From NCBI GenBank assembly GCA_030390025.1, contig JASTWF010000358.1, forward strand, positions 310,001 through 374,000: a stretch of DNA of 64,000 bases, read 5' to 3'. Origin of the DNA: Squalus acanthias. Its lineage: Eukaryota. Shown here piece by piece: positions 59,095-64,000 of the stretch. Positions within the stretch are counted from its first letter, which is position 1. Every line of letters begins with the position of its first letter. The notes beneath the pieces are model-generated. The model was not told where the DNA came from. It did no database searches and saw only the letters and a program-made list of their open reading frames with translations. The position numbers and the translations under genes were made by a program.

Positions 59095-62000
59095 TTAAAT
59101 TCTGAGAAGGCTGCTGCGAGCTCTTCCCGACGGTGGGAGGGCACTGACCCCTTCCTTTGATCTGCCGCAGCCTGTTGCTGCTGCGATGGGACTGGGCCCT
59201 TCCTGGGCTGCCCTAACCTTGAGCCTACGCCTTGGGGCAGTCTGGGGACATGACCACATTTTCCTGGGCTGGGGTGCTCGACTTGACCTACGAGGAGTTG
59301 TCGGGGGCAGGAATCCCAGGACCGACGGACCGGGTTCCGAGACTTCCACCGGGACGGCCTGTGGTCCCACCACAGTCGCTGGCTCCGCCTCCCCTGACTC
59401 CGCCTCCCTGACCTCGGGACTTGCAGCTTGTGGCACCGCCCTGCTCGGCCCAGCAGGCGGCCCTTCACTCGCAATCCCTCCCTCCCTCGAGGGCAGGACG
59501 TTCAAGGCGGGCGGCTCGGGCTCTGAGGTTTCCGCCGTCACGCCCTGTGGTCTCACAGTGGCTGGCTCCGCCTCCCCTAGCTCCTCCCTCCTGTGTTCAG
59601 GACCTGCAGCCTCGGTGTCCACCCTGTGTGGATCTCTATCTGCAGCCCCTGTCCTCCCTATACCTGAATCGGGGGCGACCCTTGCGTCCTCCGATTCCCA
59701 CTCTCCACTACCTTCACTATCCTCATCTGACTTGAGTTCCCGGAACTCTCCCTCATCTGACTCCCAACCCCACAAAAATGTTTGACAATTTTCCAGGATG
59801 CCTCCTTCCCTGATGCAAGCTGCTCTGCCTGCCTGTGTGCCCTGTGGTCCTACCTGGGGCTGCGAGTCCCCACTCGCAGGTTTTTTCCCTGTGGTTGGCC
59901 CTTGTGCACCTGGCCTGTACAGTTTGCACTGGTTTACGTGGAACCACTTAGTGCGCCGAGGTACCTTTACGGCGTATACCATGGGACTCGCCTTATCTAC
60001 AATATTGTAGGGTCCCATATACACCGGTTCCAGACTCCCTACTCTGGCGTAGTTTCTGACCATAACCTGGTCTCCTACTTCCCACTCCCGCGTTTTGCGG
60101 GGCTCCAGCAACAGGCGATTGCCCTGATGCTGCCTTCCCATGTTCCCAGCCGCCTGCTCATACACCTGCTTTAGGCGCTCCAAGAGGGTCTGGGCGAACT
60201 TGTCCCTGCTTATCTCTTGGAGCTGACCCTCAGTGAGCACCGGCGCTAGCACATGGGTGGGGGTTCGCATGAGCCTCCCAGTCATCACCTCGTGCGGGGA
60301 ATACCCCGTACTTTTTGACTGACTGGCCCGGACCCCCATGAGGACTAAAGGCAGAACCTCCGCCCATTTTTGGGGCGAGTTCCTAGTCTCTTTCCTCAAT
60401 TTCTCCTTTAGGGTCCGGTTCATGCGTTCAACAATCCCGGATGACTGGGGATTGTGCGCTACGTGCCACTTCCCTTCAATGCCCAAAAGCATGAGGGTGT
60501 TCTGCATCACCTGGCCGGTGAAATGACTCCCTTGGTCTGACTCCACAAAACGGGGAAGTCCCCACCGCGAGAACACTTCCTTGACCAAGATTTTTGCAGT
60601 ACCCAGTGCCATAGCTGTTCGACAGGGGAAGGCTTCCACCCATTTGGAAAACACATCCACCAAGACGAGGCAGTATTTATAGCCTCCCTGGGTGGTGGGC
60701 AGGGGCCCTATATAGTCGATCTGTATCAACTGCCATGGTCCCTCTACCCTTCTTACGTGCCCCATGGGCACTTTCCTTTTCTGGGGGTCTGGGTTGTTTG
60801 CAGCGCACACGAGACAGTTTGCACAGAACTCGCGGACCTGTTCCCTGAGCCCTGGCCACCATCCCGCTTGCTCTACCCGTTGCCAGGTAACCTCGGGCCC
60901 GGGGTGCCCTGCCCCTGGTCCCTCGTGAGCCAACTGGAGGAATTCCCTCCTGTGCTGCTGCGGCACAACCCACTGCTCCTCGCGGAACAGCATGCCTTCC
61001 TTAACTGAGAGGGTTGCCGTACTGTACGGACCCTCTACTTGCTTCCCCTCAGCAATGGTTTTTAGGACTGCTTTTAGGGCGGGATCCTGGTTTTGGACGG
61101 TCTTAAGGTCATGGGGCAATGCTACCCTGGTGTTCCCGGGATTCCCGTCCCTGCCTTGGATCGCTGCCATGGGTCTGGTCCCATAGGGGTCCCAGAAAAT
61201 GCCGTTGCGGGCACCTTCCCTGGCTAGCGCATCCGCCTGCTGGTTGCCCTCCCCACGGGGCTCTGTGGAGGAGTGAGCCTTCACCTTATGGATGAAAATC
61301 TCCCCTTCCTCCCCTACTGCTGCTAGGATCTTTTCCAGCAAGGGCTTCACAGTTAAAGGTCGCCCGTCCGCGGAGGTGTATCCACGGCGGGACCAAATGG
61401 CCAGGTATTCCGTACACGAATTGCATGTGAACATACTGTCCGAGCAAATCGTCTATGGGTTTGGGAAAATGTCTGGGTGGGTAACAACGTACACCATGGC
61501 AGACAGCTCAGCCTGCTGCGCGCTCATGGTGCTAGGGAGCTTGATCGCCAGGGCAAGGTTTGCCGCGGGGTCATAAACTCCACACCCTGTGAGTCGTTCG
61601 CCAGCAGATACTGTGCTGGAACCATCAACATAAATCTCGCGCCCAGTGGGATGTATCCCGGCCCGCAAACCTATGTCGACGTCCCACACCCCTTCCACCG
61701 AACACCGGTGGGCTGTACCGGGGTATACCAAATTGGCCGCAAGCCTGGGCTCGCAAAGACCTTTTACTCTAAGATCCATCTGGGAAATAAGAAGGGTCCA
61801 GCGCGCAATGCGCACGCTGCTTACGGTCCCATCTTTAATCCTCCCATCTAGAAGCATCTTAGTTGGTGTGTGATGGGTGAGGAGAGTGATGGGAGAGAGC
61901 CCTGTGAAGATCGCTGATCTTTTCACAGCCCAATGCGTGGCTAAAAGGTGCCTTTCGCAATTGGAGAAACTTCTCTCCACATCCGTTAACACCCTGGACG

Positions 62001-62307
62001 AATAGACAACCGGCCTCAGCTTGCCGTGACGCTCTTGGAGCAGCACAGCGCTCAAGCTGTCCCCGCTGGCAGCTACCTCCAGGAAAAACTCCTTCCCCCC
62101 ATCTATGGCCCCTAAAGCTGGCGCGGTCTGCAGATCCCTTTTTAACTTCTCGAAGGCTGCTTGGCAGCCCTCGTCCCAAAACCACTCCACTCCCTTATGG
62201 AGGAGTCGGAGGAGCGGCGCCGCTGTGGCCGCATAGTCTTCGATAAAATCCCTGCAGTAACCGGTCAGTCCCAAGAAGGACCTCACACCCCTTATGTTGT
62301 TGGGAAT
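59095..62307 (-). pseudogene. pol: pol of provirus C: RT thumb/tether, RNase H, integrase with long tail; stop at 61453-61455; interrupted by solo LTR
   Basis: RSFLGLTGYCRDFI and ERHLLA (tether); YVDGSS, SAQQAEL, CSDS and GNQQADALA (RNase H); HEGPGAGH...CLVC, IDYIGP, SDQGSHF, ERMNRTLK and GPY (IN). An in-frame TAG sits between PNP and TICSDS. Confidence 0.93.
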
Positions 62308-63930
62308 TGTAGAATTCGCAATATATCGCGATTTTGTTAATAAGGAGAAAACACAGAGTTTCGTTCAAACAGCTTTTATTTCAGCAGAATGCTGACAGGT
62401 TTAAAGTGGACACAAGCAGCCTGTAAAATGGCCGCCGCACCTCGTGACAGAACATTCTAGACTTTTCAACAGGCAGACAAGATGGCGTTCCAATAAACAT
62501 TTGTGCAAGATCGATTAAGAGTCAGCACAGTGAAGATAATACACGAGACATTATGGGTTTGCAGTATACACATAGATACTGAAATCGGTCTCCCAGGTAC
62601 AAAGGAAAGCCATTGTACCGAGTAATCAAGGGCCCATCCAAAAGACATTAATATGTAAAATCCCAACGACTCTACGATGAGAGAGCCGTTAGCAGGTAGT
62701 TATACAGGACACTTGGAAGCCCCAAACCCCTCCAGGGAGATTACCGACCGATTTAACAATGGGAGAAATATTAACAGGTACTCAGACATTTACGAGTAGC
62801 CCCGAAACCCATTAAGAACGGAGATCACCCATACAAGACATTTGAGCGCCAGACCCTAAACAAAAGAATGGACATTATAGTTGGGCGGGAAACGGAAGAT
62901 TTTTGCACTATAATTGCAGGCTCCAAACCGTCCATCTTGCTCTTGCTGCTCTTATCATCGTGGCTGCTCCTGTGTACTCGTAGTTGGGCTTCTGCTTGCC
63001 TGTTGCCTCTTCTGAAAAGACTGTTGAACTTTCTGATCCGTTCGGATCTACCTCGTGTCGCGTAACGAAGACCTATATTGGTAACCGGTATCGGAACCAA
63101 AAGGCCCGAGAAGAGATGAGATGAGATGAGATGAGAAGAGAGGAAGACCATATCCATCGCCACGGTCAGTAAATCCCGACCGCGCCTGTAGGTCGATTAG
63201 CCAAGTTTTCCTCGCCAGGAAGACTTCTTCGAACTTATAACGAAACATATTGCATCGATGATAACTGGACTGTGCCCAAAGTAACTGGAATGTGAAAGCC
63301 ACCAATACAGATCTTCATCACAGCAGACGTTCCAGCCTGCTAGCCGGAGCAGCAGAAGCAAGTAAACAAGTGGGACCAGGAGATCTCCTGACCGACACGT
63401 GGGTGCTGCGGTGAAAAACATCCGATCAGCTATTTGGAATTTCTCCGAGTTATCACGAGTGGTGAGCATGAGTCTCGAGATCCTACGAATCTAGTTTAGG
63501 ATAGATATTGATAGGGGAGGGTTTAAGGATTAAGGATATTTGTAATGTGTGCCCCTATTTACTTTGTGCCGTTCGTTCCTCGTTTCCCTAAGATCGACTA
63601 TATAACTGTTTGTAAGATTGTACTGTCATTAATCTGTGCTTATGACATGTATTTCATAATCTTAAGTATCATGCAATAAAGATTTTCCATTTCGTACCAT
63701 TCAAACCGAGTCTACATGAGTTTCATCTCCATTACTGCTCTCGCATCTAAGTCCAGTGTCTAGAACCGTAAGGGAGAGTGATTCGAACCACTCACAGGTG
63801 TGTCTAGTGTTCCCAGACTGGCTGGAGACCAGAACAGGCAACGAGGCCTAGACCCGCACTGACATACAGGCTGCACAGAGCCGCGTGAATCTCACAGGCT
63901 GCGAGACACGCAGGGTCAGAATCCCTTACA
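62308..63930 (+). mobile_element. Solo LTR (1623 bp, subtype 1) inserted antisense in pol of provirus C, TSD GAAT
   Basis: gaat|TGTAGAATTC...CCCTTACA|gaat. Confidence 0.95.
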
Positions 63931-64000
63931 GAATCGGTAACTCTTGCACCGACTCCCTCCTAGCCTTGTCTATGGCTCTTTCCCCAGCGCGAATGGTCAG
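63931..64000 (-). pseudogene. pol: Upstream continuation of provirus C pol (end of RT)
   Basis: Removing the LTR and one TSD copy restores LTIRAGERAIDKARRESVQELPIPNNIRGVRSFLG. Confidence 0.88.

Larger units (their letters stand above)
54368..64000 (-). mobile_element. Provirus C (lokiretrovirus-like), 3' part: pol (RT end, tether, RNase H, IN), env, PPT, 3' LTR; inserted in satellite
   Basis: Gene order pol-env-PPT-LTR on the minus strand; LTR abuts satellite at 54367; continues beyond the window. Confidence 0.93.

Noticed and set aside
61453..61455. Programmed readthrough stop in pol
   Set aside because: The TAG falls inside the RNase H domain (likely Tyr>stop), not at a gag-pol boundary; it is best read as a decay mutation.

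Overview
Eukaryotic, probably vertebrate, repeat-dense DNA with no host gene. About 39 kb is a purine-rich satellite: diverged 16/18-bp subunits with kb-scale block duplications, plus two huge near-perfect (GAAAGAGGCAGAGTCCCA)n arrays. Six insertions of one env-bearing LTR family sit in this satellite or inside each other. They are the 3' end of provirus A (+, intact env), the pol-deleted provirus B (-, interrupted by A), provirus C (-, pol and env with nonsense codons), and three solo LTRs with 4-bp TSDs. The family has 1.6-1.7 kb TGTA...TACA LTRs, a tRNA-Arg PBS overlapping the first gag ATG, a CCHC Gag with a PSAPPSY late domain, a tether plus RNase H Pol, and a class I fusion Env of paramyxo/pneumovirus F type. 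This fits the lokiretrovirus description. The most notable points are the exclusive insertion into satellite or self, an RRSxR..P...W (CENP-C-motif-like) peptide in the integrase tail that survives in the pol-deleted copy, and an Ig-like domain at the Env N-terminus. A Harbinger-like MITE interrupts one LTR. The giant ORFs in the satellite are artefacts of a stop-free 18-mer.
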